From positions 156,116,001 to 156,180,000 of the forward strand of contig OZ024740.1 in assembly GCA_964016885.1 (NCBI GenBank): a stretch of DNA of 64,000 nt, read 5' to 3'. The DNA is from Eledone cirrhosa (lineage: Eukaryota). Each line of letters starts with the position of its first letter. The first letter of the stretch is position 1. A model generated the notes under the pieces. The model had not been told where the DNA came from and ran no database searches. It saw only the letters and a program-made list of their open reading frames with translations. A program made the position numbers and the translations under genes. Shown here one piece after another: positions 1 to 16,992 of this stretch.

Positions 1-49
1 AAACTATATATATGTGTTTGTGTCTATATTGTATCTGCATTATTTCTTG

Positions 50-230
50 GATTGGCAGTATCGGTGGAGGGTCGGACGCCATGCTTTCCAGCATAGTTAC
101 GTCCCTTTACGATCTGAGTTCAAATCCCGCCGAGGTTGACTTTGCCTTTCATCCTTACGGGGTCGATAAAATAAAGTACCAGTAATGCACTGGGTAATTG
201 CTGGCCTTGTGCCTAAAGTAGAAACAATTA
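50..230 (+). mobile_element. tRNA-derived SINE (same family as the array-boundary SINE)
   Basis: A-box-like TGGCAGTATCGG, B-box GAGTTCAAATCCC, central GCCTTTCATCCTTACGGGGTCGATAAAATAAAGTACCAG; near-identical copies at ~14.0, 18.7-54.8 and 61.7 kb. Confidence 0.85.
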
Positions 231-234
231 ATTC

Positions 235-388
235 TGACCGTCGGTCAGTCAATGGCAACATTGAGGACCGAGTAAGTTAGATTACCGATATAAAAGACAG
301 CGAGAGGCGAAAACCAACCAAACAGTGAGTGTGTTCTGTTATTAATTCTGGCAATATTACACAAATATGACCCTCCCCAAGTATAACA

Positions 389-390
<2 letters not shown>
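235..390 (+). mobile_element. probable Penelope-like element 3' terminal remnant
   Basis: Ends GACCCTCCCCAAGTATAACAAT directly before (TA)n, matching the terminus GACCCTCCCAAAGTATAACAAT of the Penelope fragment at ~9720-9740. Confidence 0.5.
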
Positions 391-2872
<2,482 letters not shown>

Positions 2873-5800
2873 GTTCACAAAGACACAATTACAACAAATA
2901 CAACAAAAACAACAAAAGAGGGAACTGCAACCCTATCCAATATTGTAACCACAAATCCAATCAAAAATTGCTCATCGAACAAAAAGAAAATCTTTCTTTT
3001 TTAGCCATGAACCTGGCAAGAGAGATAGAGAAAAACATTTTAGCCATCACCCAACACCAGCCTTGCTGTCACTAACACACAATCACAAAACAAGCCCCCT
3101 GCAACAGTCAAAACCAGCCACCACACTAGCCTCCACATTCTTACTCAATACACAAGGTATCAGCCCATTCATCAATGCACAGAAATGGAAGATGCAATTC
3201 ATTGAGGATTGGGTTGGTAACCATCCATTTCACATCCCCTTCTTAATTCTTACTGAGACCCACCTTGACAACTCGCACTTGGAGGCCGAAGTAAGAGTGA
3301 AAAATTTCACAACCATCCATGCGGATCGTGTTGGCAGAAGGGAGGGTTGAACTGCCCTTTTCCTGCATGATTCCTTTACGGCAGATGGCAACACAACATT
3401 CTCTAATGGATACTGTGAATCAATCACTGTGCACAATAAAGCCAATGACCACAAACACCCATAATCTGCTTCAAAGAATGCCTCAACAGTATTAAATGCT
3501 TTATTAAACAGTGCAATTCTAGCAACATACTTTTGATGGGAGACTTTAATCTACCCTGTGTCGATTGGTCTAAATGTAGTTTGAAACCAGGCTCCACAGC
3601 CTCAACCACTGACAAAGAGGCTGTCGAGTCACTTCTTGACTTCACGAATGAGTTTTTCTTGTCTCAACTTGTCCCTGCACCAACGAGGCATCAGAAGAAC
3701 ATTCTGGATCTAGTGTTTAGTAACCACACTAACACTATACATAATATTACAGTGGAAAAATCCCTTCTCTCAGACCATGACATGGTTCTTAGTAACCTGA
3801 GATTCTACCAGCCGAAAGCTAATCCAGGGTCCGCTCTCCAGCCCACCCATTTGATAACATGGATCTCCACAATGCCAACTGGGATGAAATTATGAACGAA
3901 CTATCACATGTCGACTGGTCTTTTACACACGCAAACACTTCCACCAACATCAAAACATCTTGCAGATCTTTGTAGACACTGTCACAAATATATGTACAAA
4001 AAACACCCCACCAAATCCTGTGAACAAAACCAAGTGCAGTATCCCCCAAAATAGAAAAAAAATTATCAGAAAAATAAAAAGAACAAACAAAAAAATTAAC
4101 ACACTAAAATACTGCCAACAGCAACACACACATTCAATGGCTATCACCCTGCTTGAGTAAAAAAAAAATAACCTCCAGCAATGCATGATGACCATCATCA
4201 ATAACCAGAGAATAGCTGAAGAGAGGTGAGCCATTGAGAAAATCAAACTCAACCCCAAAGTGTTCTTCTCATTCGCTAAAAAACACAAGGTCACCGTCTC
4301 CACTGTTGGCCCCCTAGTTGATGAAAATGGCACCCTCCAGGACAATGCCAAAACCATGGGCGAGATACTGCAGAAACAATACTGCTCTATTTTCAGCAAC
4401 CCTGATATGGCCGATCTGGGACGTATCAGTAATATTAACCCCCAACACACTATATCAGACATAACGTTTGGCGCCCCTGATGTCTTAGCGGCAATAAACG
4501 AAATTAAACACAATTCAGCAGTAGGTCCCGACAGGTTCCCTGCTTGCGTCCTGAAGGTGTGTCGACACCAACTTGCAACTCCTCTTGCTAATCTGTGGAG
4601 GAACTCACTGGACACTGGCTATATTCCTGAAAACTTTCTGTCCCAGTCCGTTGTCCCAGTCTTCAAAAAGGGAAATAAGTCCCTTGCAGTGAACTAACGT
4701 CCGATCTCACTCACCTCTCATATTATCAAGGTATTTGAGAGGATGGTGAGATCACGAATAACCCACTTTCTTGAAAGCAACGGCCTGCTGAACTCCAACC
4801 AACATGGGTTCTGTAATGGAAGGGACTGCCTAACGCAGCTCCTGCATCACTTTGACGATGTTTTGAGAGCCTTGAGAGAGGGCTCCAACACTGATGTCAT
4901 CTACCTTGATTTCAGCAAGGCCTTCGACATGGTTGATCATAAGATTCTACTGAAAAAACTATCCAATGTTGGTGTCTCTGGAAGGTTACTACAGTGGATC
5001 AAATGTTTCCTGACAGGCAGAACCCAGCATGTAGTCGAAGGTGTAAAATCAAGCCCTGCCAAAGTCAGCAGTGGCATCCCACAAGGGACTGTGTTGGGCC
5101 CACTTCTTTTCATCATCTACATTAATGACATTACTGACATCATCAAACACAGCAACATTAGAATCTTCACAGATGATTCCAAGCTCCAAAGGGTCATCAA
5201 TGAGGTGGGTGACCGGACTTGCCTTCAGTCGACCTACTGGCTGTTATCCAATGGGCAGAGATGAATAATATGCTGTTGAATGAGGATAAATTTGAACTAA
5301 TCCACTTTGGAAAAAAGGATGCTCTGAAACTACCATACTCTCTTCCCTCGGGTGAAACTCTAGTGGCTTCCAATAACATCAGAGACCTGGGAGTAATTGT
5401 GGACAACAATATAAGCTGGGCCACTCATATAAACAGCAAAGTTGATATGGCCCGCAGAATGTATTCCTGGATTCTCAGAACTTTCCAGTCGAGAGATATC
5501 CACACTGTTGTCCTTCTCTTCTCCACTTTTGCCCGACCTCACCTTAAATACTATTGTCCACTGTGGTCACCCCACACGAAACAAAGTATCATGAAAGTTG
5601 AAGCACCCCAAAGGTCAATTACAAAAAAGATAGTTGACATGACAGGCCTTGACTATTGAGGTCGATTAGAAATGCTCAAACTTTATTCCCTTCAACGTCG
5701 CCGTGAGCGCTACATTATCTGTATGATGTGGAAAATATTCCATCAGCTTAGCCCAAATGATGTTGGCATCACCTTTAGTGTACACCCAAGGCTTGGGCCC

Positions 5801-6130
5801 CGTGCTATCCGCCCACGACAAAAATCTCACTAGCATCACATAACAACAATACGGCACAATTATTTCACCTCAATTGGCCCTGCACTCTTTAACATTAGAC
5901 CAAAACACATCAAAGCAGAGACAGACCCCATCAAGTTCAAGAAGTCTTGGGATAAATTCCTTCAAGAAATCCCGGATAAGCCTCCTACACCAGGGTATGC
6001 CTCCGTAAACAATAACTCTCAGCTCGAGTGGGCCATGGTTCCCAAACACTGATTTGTAAGACTCCGCCAGGTGGTGCTATTAAGTTAGACATGGCCTGGG
6101 CCAATACTGGCCCAAAGTTATCAAAGTAAG

Positions 6131-6131
<1 letters not shown>
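2873..6131 (+). mobile_element. decayed CR1-group non-LTR retrotransposon ORF2 (APE endonuclease + reverse transcriptase)
   Basis: APE motifs LTETHL, GDFN, LDLVFSN, SDH (3063-3895); RT motifs YLDFSKAFD, GIPQGTVLGPLLF, FTDD (4743-5264); several stops and frameshifts; (TA)n on both sides. Confidence 0.9.

Positions 6132-6195
<64 letters not shown>
6131..6195. repeat. (TA)n microsatellite
   Basis: Pure TA run at the LINE 3' end. Confidence 0.95.
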
Positions 6196-6198
<3 letters not shown>

Positions 6199-6496
6199 TT
6201 CAAGAGTAACCAATCTTAAAGAGAGAGATGGAGATAGGAGAGGAGATAGGAGAGGAGAAGAGAGATTGGTGAATTAGTTAGAAGCCAAAGCTTAAAGGCA
6301 TGTGCTCAATGTGCAATATGCAGTGGAAGGCAGATAGGTGGCCGGGTTCCTGCAGAGGTTAGGTGCACAGAGCTGGAAATATTCAAACAAGACCACAAAT
6401 TTCACAAGGAAGACATTATTAAAAGATTGTCAACATATTTTAGTTTGATTTAAGGAATGTAGAGAATAATAATAATAATAATATTAATAATAATAA

Positions 6497-8232
6497 TGTC
6501 CGTTTACAATTGTTTCGCTACTCCATATAATATTTCTGGATCAAATGATTATAGATCATTATTGATCTAGTTCAGTTGAAAATAATTAACTTAGGTATAA
6601 TTAGAGTAGCTCATCGGAACTTCAAAAGGAATATAAATTAAAATAAGGAAAGAATGTTACATGAATGTAATGTTCCATATATTGGTATTTAACTATGGTG
6701 TCCTGGGTATATCTATTGTCTGCCATAGTCGAGTCCATTTAGTGGGCATGCATTAGGGTAACGGCAGTTGCAGTTACTTCTGCGGTTAGTGAGAGTACGG
6801 TTGTTTAAACTAAGCGGTTGGTCCGTGCTAGAAGGATTAGATGGAGGAAGTGTGCTACTAGAGTAAGTATTGGTGTAGTGGCGTGGTGTATTTGATGGGG
6901 GGGGGGGGGTACCGCGGTGTGGGAGTTATACTGTCTTAGTTTATGATGGTTACTGAATGCGATGTGGCTAGCTAGGTTAGGTGTTGTGGAGAATGAGATT
7001 TTAATGTTTTTATTAAAGAGTTTGTAATATCTATGGTTGGGGGGGGGGGGGTGTTTAGATAAGATAGAGAAGAAGCGTTTAGGGATATTAGTGGCTTGAT
7101 TAGATGAGAATGAGGTGGGGGTGAGGGGGGGGGGGTTTAAGCCAAGTGATATTTCTAGGCCTATTCCTTCTAGGGGTTCTAGTGGAGCTGGTAGGGGCCT
7201 TCATAGGGTTATTATTACCTAGGCATTTATTATTTGTCATCCCATTGTTCATTCCTATTCTAGGGTTGATTTTTAGTTTGCTACTTGGAGTGGGAAGTAG
7301 GCCACTGCCACCATTAAGGTTCCCTGTATAGTGCTGTTACTGCTAAAGTTCCGGCGAGTCTGGCTATATGCTAAGGTATTTCTAGTTCTAGTGTTAAATT
7401 TATTATGGTTGTGGTGAAGTGCTGGGTTATGGCATTTAGGTATGTAGTAAATGGACTGTTCATAACCAGATTCAGAAAGAGCCTTATTATAATATGCCGC
7501 ATGGTTTATAAATATCTCCTCATTTTGCTGATAGCATGGAGATCCTATACGAGATAGATTTGATTACTGCTCTGATGACTGCCGGTCCTGGTTTATGATA
7601 AGGGTAATATAGATTATTGTTAAGATCTAGGGTAACGTCTAGGAAGTTTATTAATTTATGGTTCGGCTCGATGGTGATAGAGGGACCGTTATTTTTAAAG
7701 AATCTATGTAATTGTTTTTTGAGCAAGTCAATGCCTCGATTAGTGCAATTGTGGCCTGCAAATAGGGCGTCGTCCCTATATATTCCGCCTTGCAAGGGTT
7801 GGATTTCAGCTCTGATGTTATGTAATAGGTAAATTCCAACTAAATCGGTGATTTGCGCAGAGTCACTTGAGCCCATAGTGATGTCAAAGTTGTCTGTTCT
7901 GTCTTTTCTAGTCCAGAGTGCTCCGTTGAATTCAATGATGGTCTGCCTAGCCATAAGTATGATGTCAATCTCATTATTGGTTATGTCAGAGTTGATGCTG
8001 GCTAGGGTTAATGCTTTGTTGAGCAGTGCCGGGGTTATTGAAGCACAATAGCTGTCAACCACATCCGACTTGGGTCGTATCAGTAAGAACATCCTTGATA
8101 GGATCATCACTGGGCTACGAGATGATATCACCTACAAGCTGTGGTCCAACACCGGCCAAGTCATTAGATGGTTCTCCTATCTAAGGTCCAAGGAATCTAT
8201 GAGGTTCCTCCAATTTGACATTGACAGCTATG
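6497..8232 (-). mobile_element. decayed Penelope-like element (RT, linker, start of GIY-YIG region) with an inverted 5' segment
   Basis: RT motifs FDITMGSSDSAQITDLVG, GIYRDD, INFLDVTLDL, YHKP (ORF 7520-8131); CNCRYPNACPLNG at ~6735-6775; 8058-8232 encodes the preceding RT segment (...RFLQFDIDSY) on the + strand. Confidence 0.88.
6502..6620 (-). ncRNA. type I hammerhead ribozyme with an extended, branched stem II
   Basis: Minus strand reads GTT-CCGATGA-GCTACTC-(long insert with hairpins)-GAGTAGC-GAAAC-AATT-GTA-AAC; stems I, II and III pair; the core has C at the U4 position. Confidence 0.75.
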
Positions 8233-8583
8233 TGGGCTCATCCGGGATCCTGGATAGCAAGGTGTCGAAATGTTTCTTGAAGACATCCACCTCCACACCA
8301 TATATTTTGTGCGTGTGTGTGTGTAGGAAAATGATTCCGTTAGTAGAAATATTTTTGAATGAACATATTTTCCTTATTTATTCGTATTTGTTCTGTTGTA
8401 TTGTCAGCGCAAACGTATGTTAAGGTTTATTTAGTTCGGGTTTTTATTTTCTAAAGTAGAAGGTGTTATGTGTGTGTGTGAGTGTGTGTCTGTTTGGATG
8501 GTTAGCATGTTATGGTATTGACATAATGTATATTAAACTATATTTAATGCTGGTGTATATTTTTATACTTATTCACCAACCAA

Positions 8584-8687
8584 TCAAATTACTTCTCTAA
8601 AAACCTGGCGTTTCAAGCCACTTTTTTCCATATAAAACAAGTAACATTGAAAGACCATCTCAACTCTACTTTTGAAGAGCAGAAGAA
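8584..8687 (-). CDS. putative terminal exon F (diverged C-type exon): VLLLFKSRVEMVFQCYLFYMEKSGLKRQVFREVI*
   Basis: Acceptor ttcctttaccagtttcgcag, phase 1; C-x8-GL spacing identical to C exons (CFAVNGNQMGL); TGA followed by ATTAAA (~8543) and AATAAA (~8430-8448). Confidence 0.6.
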
Positions 8688-10146
8688 CTGCGAAACTGGT
8701 AAAGGAACCAAATAAATATATATATATTTTTTTAAAAATAAGACTCCAGTTGCATTTTCGATTCCATCTTTTTCCCTTATATATATATATATATTATTCA
8801 TTTTTGAATTTGTTTTCCAAAATCTTTTATGTGAAAACGTGTGTTAAAACAGATATTGTTATACTTTGGGAGGGTCTTGCTGCCAATAAAAACACATGCA
8901 TCTGTTGGATTTCCCATAAAAATCTTAATTTGCAAAACATATCCATTTCAAAGATCCTCCTGTGCTGATAGGAAATGCATAGCCTGCAAGCTATGCCCGA
9001 AAGCTAACTGCAAAACTAGGAACGTAGTATATAGCATAATATGTACTGAGGGACAGTGTAGGAATAAGAATATAACATACATAGGTGAAACAACCCGTAA
9101 CATAGGAGAAATGTTAAGTGAACACTGGCGAGAACTCCAGGATGGGAAAAACTCATCAGTACTCCACCAACATGCCAAAATAGAACATAGAGGCACATTA
9201 GAGAACATAGAGATACGAATTATATCCACACACATTTGTTTGCAATACTCAAACAAATCACAGAGGCAACAAATATAAACGAACTCCAACCAAAATTAAA
9301 CAGAAAACATGAGTGGAATAGCAACATCACAGCTAGTAATTAAGGACAAAATGAAGACATACAGAGATACACAGAACACAAAGTAACAAAACAAATCAGA
9401 CACACATAGATAGAACAAACAACCAACTAGTGACAAGTAAATAAACACATAAATAAATAAATAAAAACACAAACACATACCCAGATGTAACACATACGCA
9501 AACTAAACACACAACCAGAAAACAAGATGGTGTAGGGCAGAAAAAGGAGAGGCACACAAAATAAAAACCTAGTCACTGAAGGTCACTGAGGAGGTCACAG
9601 AATGTGTGACGAAAGAGCTTTGAAAATATATAAACAACTTTCCGGTAATCGAAACAGCCGGAAACTTATAACAAATAGAAGTGAAAATAATAGGTGCGTG
9701 TGTTTTTATTGGCAACAGGACCCTCCCAAAGTATAACAATATATATATATATATATACAAATGTAATAAACCTGTAGCTAAACATAAAAAAATGTTTATT
9801 TACATGAAAATTTCGTATATGATACAATATACAACACCAGTCAGATAACAATCATCCTCTATCAGTGCATTAATTAGAGCCGGCCAGCAATTGTTTTGTA
9901 TTCAAATGAGCCTCATTAGTCAATCTTCCTGTGCATAACTACTATAAACTTTTAGCATGCTTTCGCCGTACTATCCAAGTGGATTTACCCTATCATAAGA
10001 CAGTTAAATAACTAAAAACGGCCGGTAGGGTACTCTCCCTTGTTTGCCGAAGTTCAGTGGTGAGATTCACCACTTCCAAACGTCATATCAAGGCTATGAA
10101 AATGTTTATTTACATGAACGTTTCGAATATGATTCAATATACAACC

Positions 10147-10197
<51 letters not shown>

Positions 10198-12924
10198 ATT
10201 ATATATATATCCAGGGGGTGTAACTTGGAGTTACTGCAGGTTCACCCGGGGGTGAGCACTCGATGTTTAGGTTCACTTCAGTGTCGAGGTGTAGAGCTAT
10301 ACAGAGTGTAATATATTTAAAGGATAACAAGGACGATTGGTTACTCCTTCATTACATTTATTGGTAGGTGACGCGCGTTTCGCCACTGATCAGCTCAAGG
10401 TTCGATCTGTATCGATCTTACCCGACTCAATAATCGGCAGCTCGACGGACCCTTTAAAATGCTATAAGAAAATGAATACATGCTATGTGATAAAGTCAGA
10501 AGTTCATAAGTTGTACAATACGAGTTGTTTTGATTGGTGGAAAAGATCATAGGGATGTATTGGCCTGTAGTGTTTGTAGGGGTGGATGTGATGATAAGAT
10601 GTTGGTGACGGTCGCTGGTTGCGATGGGCTGTGGTGTGGGGGTGGCGGATTGACTTTCGTCTGTAGTGTATGTGGGGTGGATGTGATGATAAGATGGTGG
10701 TGATGGTCGCTGGCTGGGATGGGGTGTGGTGTGGGAATAGTGGATTGTCGGTAGACAGGTTGGCGTATATTTGTGGCTGGTTATTGTGTGGGGTGTGGTT
10801 GTGGTGTTCTTTATGGTAGTGGCGTTTGTGGTGGTGTGGTGGATGTGTCAAGTCCATGGGGAGATACATACCTAGATACTCTTAGTCTGACAAATACGTT
10901 GTATACATATACATGCGCATATGTGCTGGCATATATACATACATACACACTTATACACACTTATATACACACACATACACGCGCCCACATATATCCACAC
11001 GTACATATATCTATTTGCACATACACACACACATATGTGCGTGCGCGCGTGTGGATATATATATAGAGAGGGGGGAGTATCGGTTGGGGTGGCGTAGTAC
11101 AAAGATAGAGGGAGGGTGAAAGCCAATGGAGATGGTGTTGTACATATAGACATACACATACATACACACATACACACACACACACATACACGTACACACA
11201 GATATTCATATACATTTACATATATATATGTATGTATATATATATATGCACACATATATAAAAAATACTTACCCACAGACATACACACTTGAGGGAAGGT
11301 ATGTGTTGGCGATGTTAATGAAGTTAATGAATGTTGAAGTATGGAGTTGTGCCTTGTGGTGGCGGTGGTGGAGTTGTGAGCGACAAAAATGAACAGGATC
11401 GAATATTACGATGGGTTACATTTACAGGATCGAATTTTGCGTGGGATTGTAGGTTAGGGTAGACAGAGGGAACATGGGGGAGTAAGGTTGCGGTTGTGGG
11501 ATGGTAGACATATAACGATATGTGCGGTTGTGGTTGTGGTTGTGGCGATGGGGTGATATGATCGACATATTATTTACAGGATCAAATGTTACTATGGTTT
11601 GCAAGGTAAAACCCGACATAGAGGACAGATAGAACACAATGTTGCAAAGATGAGGGGTGTATGGCGATGTGATTTTTGGTGGGGGTGATGTATGCGGCAC
11701 GATATACAAAATACGGGCTTACATGCAATACAATAAAATAGATTCACTGAGATGAGGGATGGTGAGACGGGGCAGAGGTGGTTATTATTATGCTGGTCAT
11801 GGTTAGTGCGCGGCCCTCCCCCAAATGTTTGTGCGGAAAATGTGTTCAGCCTGGTGTCTGCAATTGACAATTATGTCCGACCTATAGTTTATGGCAGATT
11901 TTAATTTAATTATTTCACCCGCCTCAGCCAGGCATAACCTGCAGTGGTTTCTGTCACTGGGGAGTTGCGCCACGCGTCTTTTGACTGACCATGTGACCTG
12001 GGATTCGATGTTCCTCTCCTTGAGGTCCCAGATCAAGTCGGCCAGTCTGATTTGGGATCGTTTCAGCCTATATTTAAAGGAGCTTCTATGGTTATACCAG
12101 CGCTCTTTAAATGTAGTGGAGGTCGCACCTATATATGAGTACTCTTTATTGCCGGCTGTGACATCACACCGGTAAACAATGTTTTTAACGAGGCACTCCC
12201 CGTTTAGTGGGCATTCAGCCCGTTTTTTGCAGTTGCAGTTTGGTGTTACCGGTGTGGTGGCACGTTGCCGGTTGGTGGGGTGTTGTGTGGAGCTGGCATG
12301 TAGTTTGTTGTGTTGTGTTGTGTATGTGGTTTCGTTCTGGGTTGTGATAGTGGTTTGTTGTGGGGCAACCATGTGTTTTCGTATTTTTGTCCTATTGGTG
12401 TGTGCTATTGTGTGGCCTAGATTTGGTGCTCTGGAGGAAGAGAATTTTACAGTGTGTCTATTGAAGAGCTTGTGGTATTTATGTGTGTGTGGAAAAGATT
12501 GTTCAAGAGCCCTGAAGAGGGTTCCCGGTATATTGGTGGCTACGTGACAGGTCTACTTCGGGCGCTGCGGTGTTTAGTGAGGTTTTTGTGGTTAGGTGGT
12601 AGTTTGGGTGCGTTTTGGTCAGGCGTATGTGTCATAGGGGTTCCTAGTAATCTATTGGCGTTATGTCTTTTGTCTTTAGATATATATATATTGGAAAATG
12701 TGTGAGATCCTTGGTACAGTTAGGTATATTTGTAAAAAAAGGAAAAAAATGACTTCACTTGTAGTTCTAAATAATTTGATTTAATTTTATAATATTATGA
12801 GTTGGTAGATCTAGTAAGTTCTTTGTTAACTTCGGTGGGAAGAATTTTAATGATTCCTGGTTAACTTAATGATTCTTGGGGAACTTTCTCGCATTCATCG
12901 GTGGCGATTGTCAAACTGAGATCA

Positions 12925-12970
<46 letters not shown>

Positions 12971-14848
12971 ATACACATATATACACACATATACACATAC
13001 ACTCACATATATAAAGAAAGGGATGTTGAAGACTAAGGAATAAGGAGACCAGAAAGTTGAAATACGATTAAGTTAGTAAGAGGGAGGGGAGGTAAGAATC
13101 TATGTGGCCAGTGAAAGAAGGGAGAGAGGGGGGAGGGGTGAAGCTGGTCAGAAGGTAATTATCTTATGTACTGTGTATAAGGAGAAAAGAAAATTTTGGC
13201 GATGGCGACCAGAAAAGATAAGAAATAATTGAAAAATAAATTATATTGGGCGGCTGGGTGGGGTGACTGAACATTAAAAAAGTCAAAAAGGGGAGTCTAG
13301 TAAGATGCTGTCAGGTGCCGATACAGTTCCGGGCGGTTGGGGATAGGGTAGGAACTATAAATCGAGTGGAAAGAGAGATATAGGATCGAAACTAATGCAA
13401 GTCAGAGGAAACTAATGCTTCATGTAAGCAGTTAAAGGGGCTTAGAGGAAAAGTTATTAGGGTTAGGTTATCTAGATACGGGAAAAGCGAAGGTACGTAA
13501 AGCTTAATGTTGGCAATTAAAAATTCTATCATGGCGAGAGTTCAGCAGACCCGAGCCAGTCATAATCTCCAGTACTTCCATTACACTCAGGTTACAGGAA
13601 CGTCTTTCACTTTGGTATGGGCGAGCGAAACTTAGGAATGAACACGAGAATGTATACTCCGTATTATTTCGTTTCAAGTCCCAGATCCTTTTGGTGAGGG
13701 CAGTTGATTTACTCAGCCCGGAAGTCCTGAATGAATGTGAGTGCACATACCATCTCTTCTTATAAAAGCTAGAAGTTGCACCCACATATATATATGCCCC
13801 CAAGTTTGTTTTGACTACACACTGGTAAATTATGTTCTTATACATGCACTTTCCATTTAAGAGACAATTGTTGGGTTGTCTGCAGTTACAGTGTGTCCGT
13901 GCACAGTGTATGGGGTCATTATTTGTACCTGCATTTGGAGTGGTATACAAGGTGTGAGGAGGCTGTGTTAGGTTCGTATGCGCAATATATGATGGCGGTG
14001 GATTGGCAGAGGGTCGGACGCCATGCTTTGCAGCATAGAGTTACGTCCCTTTATGAACTGAGTTCAAATCCCGCCGAGGTTAACTTTGCCTTTCATCATT
14101 ACGGGGTCGATAAAATAAAGTACCAGTAACGTACTGGGTATTTGCTGGCCTTGTGCCAAATGTAGAAACAATTATATGATCCATCAGAAAGGATGGGCGT
14201 ATCCTTGTTCAATGTGGAGGGTTGGGAAACCATTTGCGTGGTTGTTCCGTTAGTAGGATTACAGATTGGGTTTTGGCTAGGTTGCATGATTCTATCAAAA
14301 TCCCGGAGGCGTTTACTGTTCAAGCCTGTTATGAAACTGCTAAGGTTAGCCGTGGTAGAGTAGGACAGCCGAACTGTTTCCTATTCAAGATCTTATGATA
14401 CATGTGTGCTGGAGGAAAGCTTTCGTCTAGTAGTCTAAAGAAGTGTGTGGCTAATTTAGTGGTAAATCATTATGTGGAGAATTAAATCACAGGTAGGATT
14501 TGGAGCGAGAGTGAGAGTGAGTTTTTTACGGTTGCTTCTGTTCCTAGCGTTTGTATGTCCACATTGCTGCCAATTTTTTGTGAGGTAAAACTTTAGTCGC
14601 CTGCCTGGTAGCTCTATGCTAAATTCGATTTTTTCGTCATAGCCAGCCCTGCCGAGGGCTGCATTATAGTAATCCGCAGGTGCATTGAATATGGATTCAG
14701 AGGTGGACAGCCTGGAGATTCTATGAGACACCTTCCCAACTATGGAGTTGGTGATAGATCTAGGGTGGTTCGAGTGCCTGTTAATATAGTCTAGGTTGTC
14801 ATTGATATATACAGCCAAACGTACAGATATACATAGTTATGTCATCAA

Positions 14849-14884
<36 letters not shown>

Positions 14885-15395
14885 AAAGAATAGAGGTGTA
14901 ACACACAAGTTATTATATAATGGTAAACGGAATAGAAAATGCTGACAAATTGTTCACAGTTGAAAAATGGTTTAATTAGGAATAAAAGAGTATTAGTGAT
15001 TGTATGGGTTAGTATTCAGTTGTGGTTTTAAGTTTTTAAGTTTTTACCGGTTGCGCATTTCTAAATGCTTTTCAAAAATAATTTTGAGATAGAGTGTCCG
15101 TGCTGTTTGCTCTGATCTGATTAGTTTTGGGAATTCTACCTGTTTTTATGTTAAAAAAGTGGCTCCAGCGTTATTTTTGTGTTGCAAAAATGCTTGTGGT
15201 CAAAACAATTTTGATTGGTCGGTAGAGGTCATGTGAATGTAAAAAGTTGATTTTGCGCCAAGACTGTTTTTATGTTAAAAAAGTGGCTCCAGCAAAAATT
15301 CTTGGTCAAAACAATTTTGATTGGTCGGTAGAGGTCATGTGGATAAAAAATTGGTTTTGCGCCAAGATTGAGAAATGACTCTTTCACAACAAATA

Positions 15396-15429
<34 letters not shown>

Positions 15430-15508
15430 TAGTAGTAGTAGTAGTAAGGTGTTCGATGCTGCGACAATGGCCAGCAGCGATGTGTGTCAAATGGCTATTA
15501 AGATACGC

Positions 15509-15604
<96 letters not shown>

Positions 15605-15719
15605 ACCAGTATTTTTTTCCCCCTGGTAAAATGGTGTACATTATTCGATTTTTTTCAGTAAGATCGGTTCTCTTAATAGAACATAAAAAATTTTAACAAT
15701 AAAAGGTGTGAAATGATAT

Positions 15720-15760
<41 letters not shown>

Positions 15761-16820
15761 ATATATTCACTACATATATATATATACATAAATCAACCAA
15801 AACTAAAAGCTCTTCCATACATCTCCACACACAACCCCCTCAACAATGAGGCCTTTGACACCATCCTCCAGAACATCCCTGTATTGAAAAAGGACCATAG
15901 AATGAACCAAATTCTACGAACACACAATATCATAAAGAGCAAAAGACAATCCAAGTCAATGAAAAACATCTTAACACATGCCAAAGTACTGCCAACCACA
16001 ACAACGAAACCCACAGTAAAAAAATGCGATAGACCCAACTGTGGCATTTGCATCAACCTAATAGAGGGTTCGGAATTCTATTTCAAAGATGGACAACGTT
16101 TTATAGTAAAACACAATTTCACATGTGCATCGGAAAATCTAATATATGTATTAACTTGTTCAGGTTGTCGAGAACAATACATAGGCCAGACCAAAAACAG
16201 CCTCCGCCAACGCATGACTGTCCATAGATCCCAAATTAAAATACGGGAATACAGGAAAATACCACTGAGTGAACACATTGATACCTGTGCCGCCCAAAAT
16301 CATCCCAACTTCAGAATCTTTCCCCTCTACAAATTTAAAGATAATGCCACCCACACCCAGCGCATCAGCAAGGAATCTTACTTCATTAACAAATACGGAC
16401 CCCGTCTAAACACTTCTCCCTAAGACGAACCCACAACATACACACGTCAACATACATACCTACATCAGCACACATCTCTACCCACATATAAACACAATGA
16501 CACACGTAAACACACATGCTCTATGGTGCAATACAAAAAATATATGTGCATATATATGTATGTATATATGTATATATATATATATATATATGTAGTGAAT
16601 ATATGTATGTGTGTATATATATATAGTGAATATCATTTCACACCTTTTATTGTTAAGATTTTTTATGTTCTATTAAGAGAACCGATTTTACTGAAAAAAA
16701 TCGAATAATGTACACCATTTTACCAGGGGGAAAAAAATACTGGTCCACACACACACACACACGCACTTCTCCGTATCAGACAAAAGCTGAAAATATCTTT
16801 TGACCTTCGAATGACTCTGC

Positions 16821-16879
<59 letters not shown>

Positions 16880-16948
16880 ATCTTAATAGCCATTTGACAC
16901 ACATCGCTTCTGGCTATTGTCGCAGCATCGAACACCTTACTACTACTA

Positions 16949-16992
<44 letters not shown>

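Noticed and set aside
50-135. tRNA gene suggested by A/B boxes
   Set aside because: The boxes continue into a SINE body repeated many times in the window, and no cloverleaf is evident.
8613-8695. Alternative reading of the terminal exon from the upstream accag acceptor (...WSFNVTCFIWKKVA*)
   Set aside because: It also shows a VTCF motif, but the acceptor 8 nt downstream reproduces the C-x8-GL spacing and C-exon length better; it cannot be fully excluded without RNA data.
10504-11709. His/Pro-rich and CV/YI-rich ORFs
   Set aside because: Low-complexity GT/CA-rich 3' region of a Penelope element.
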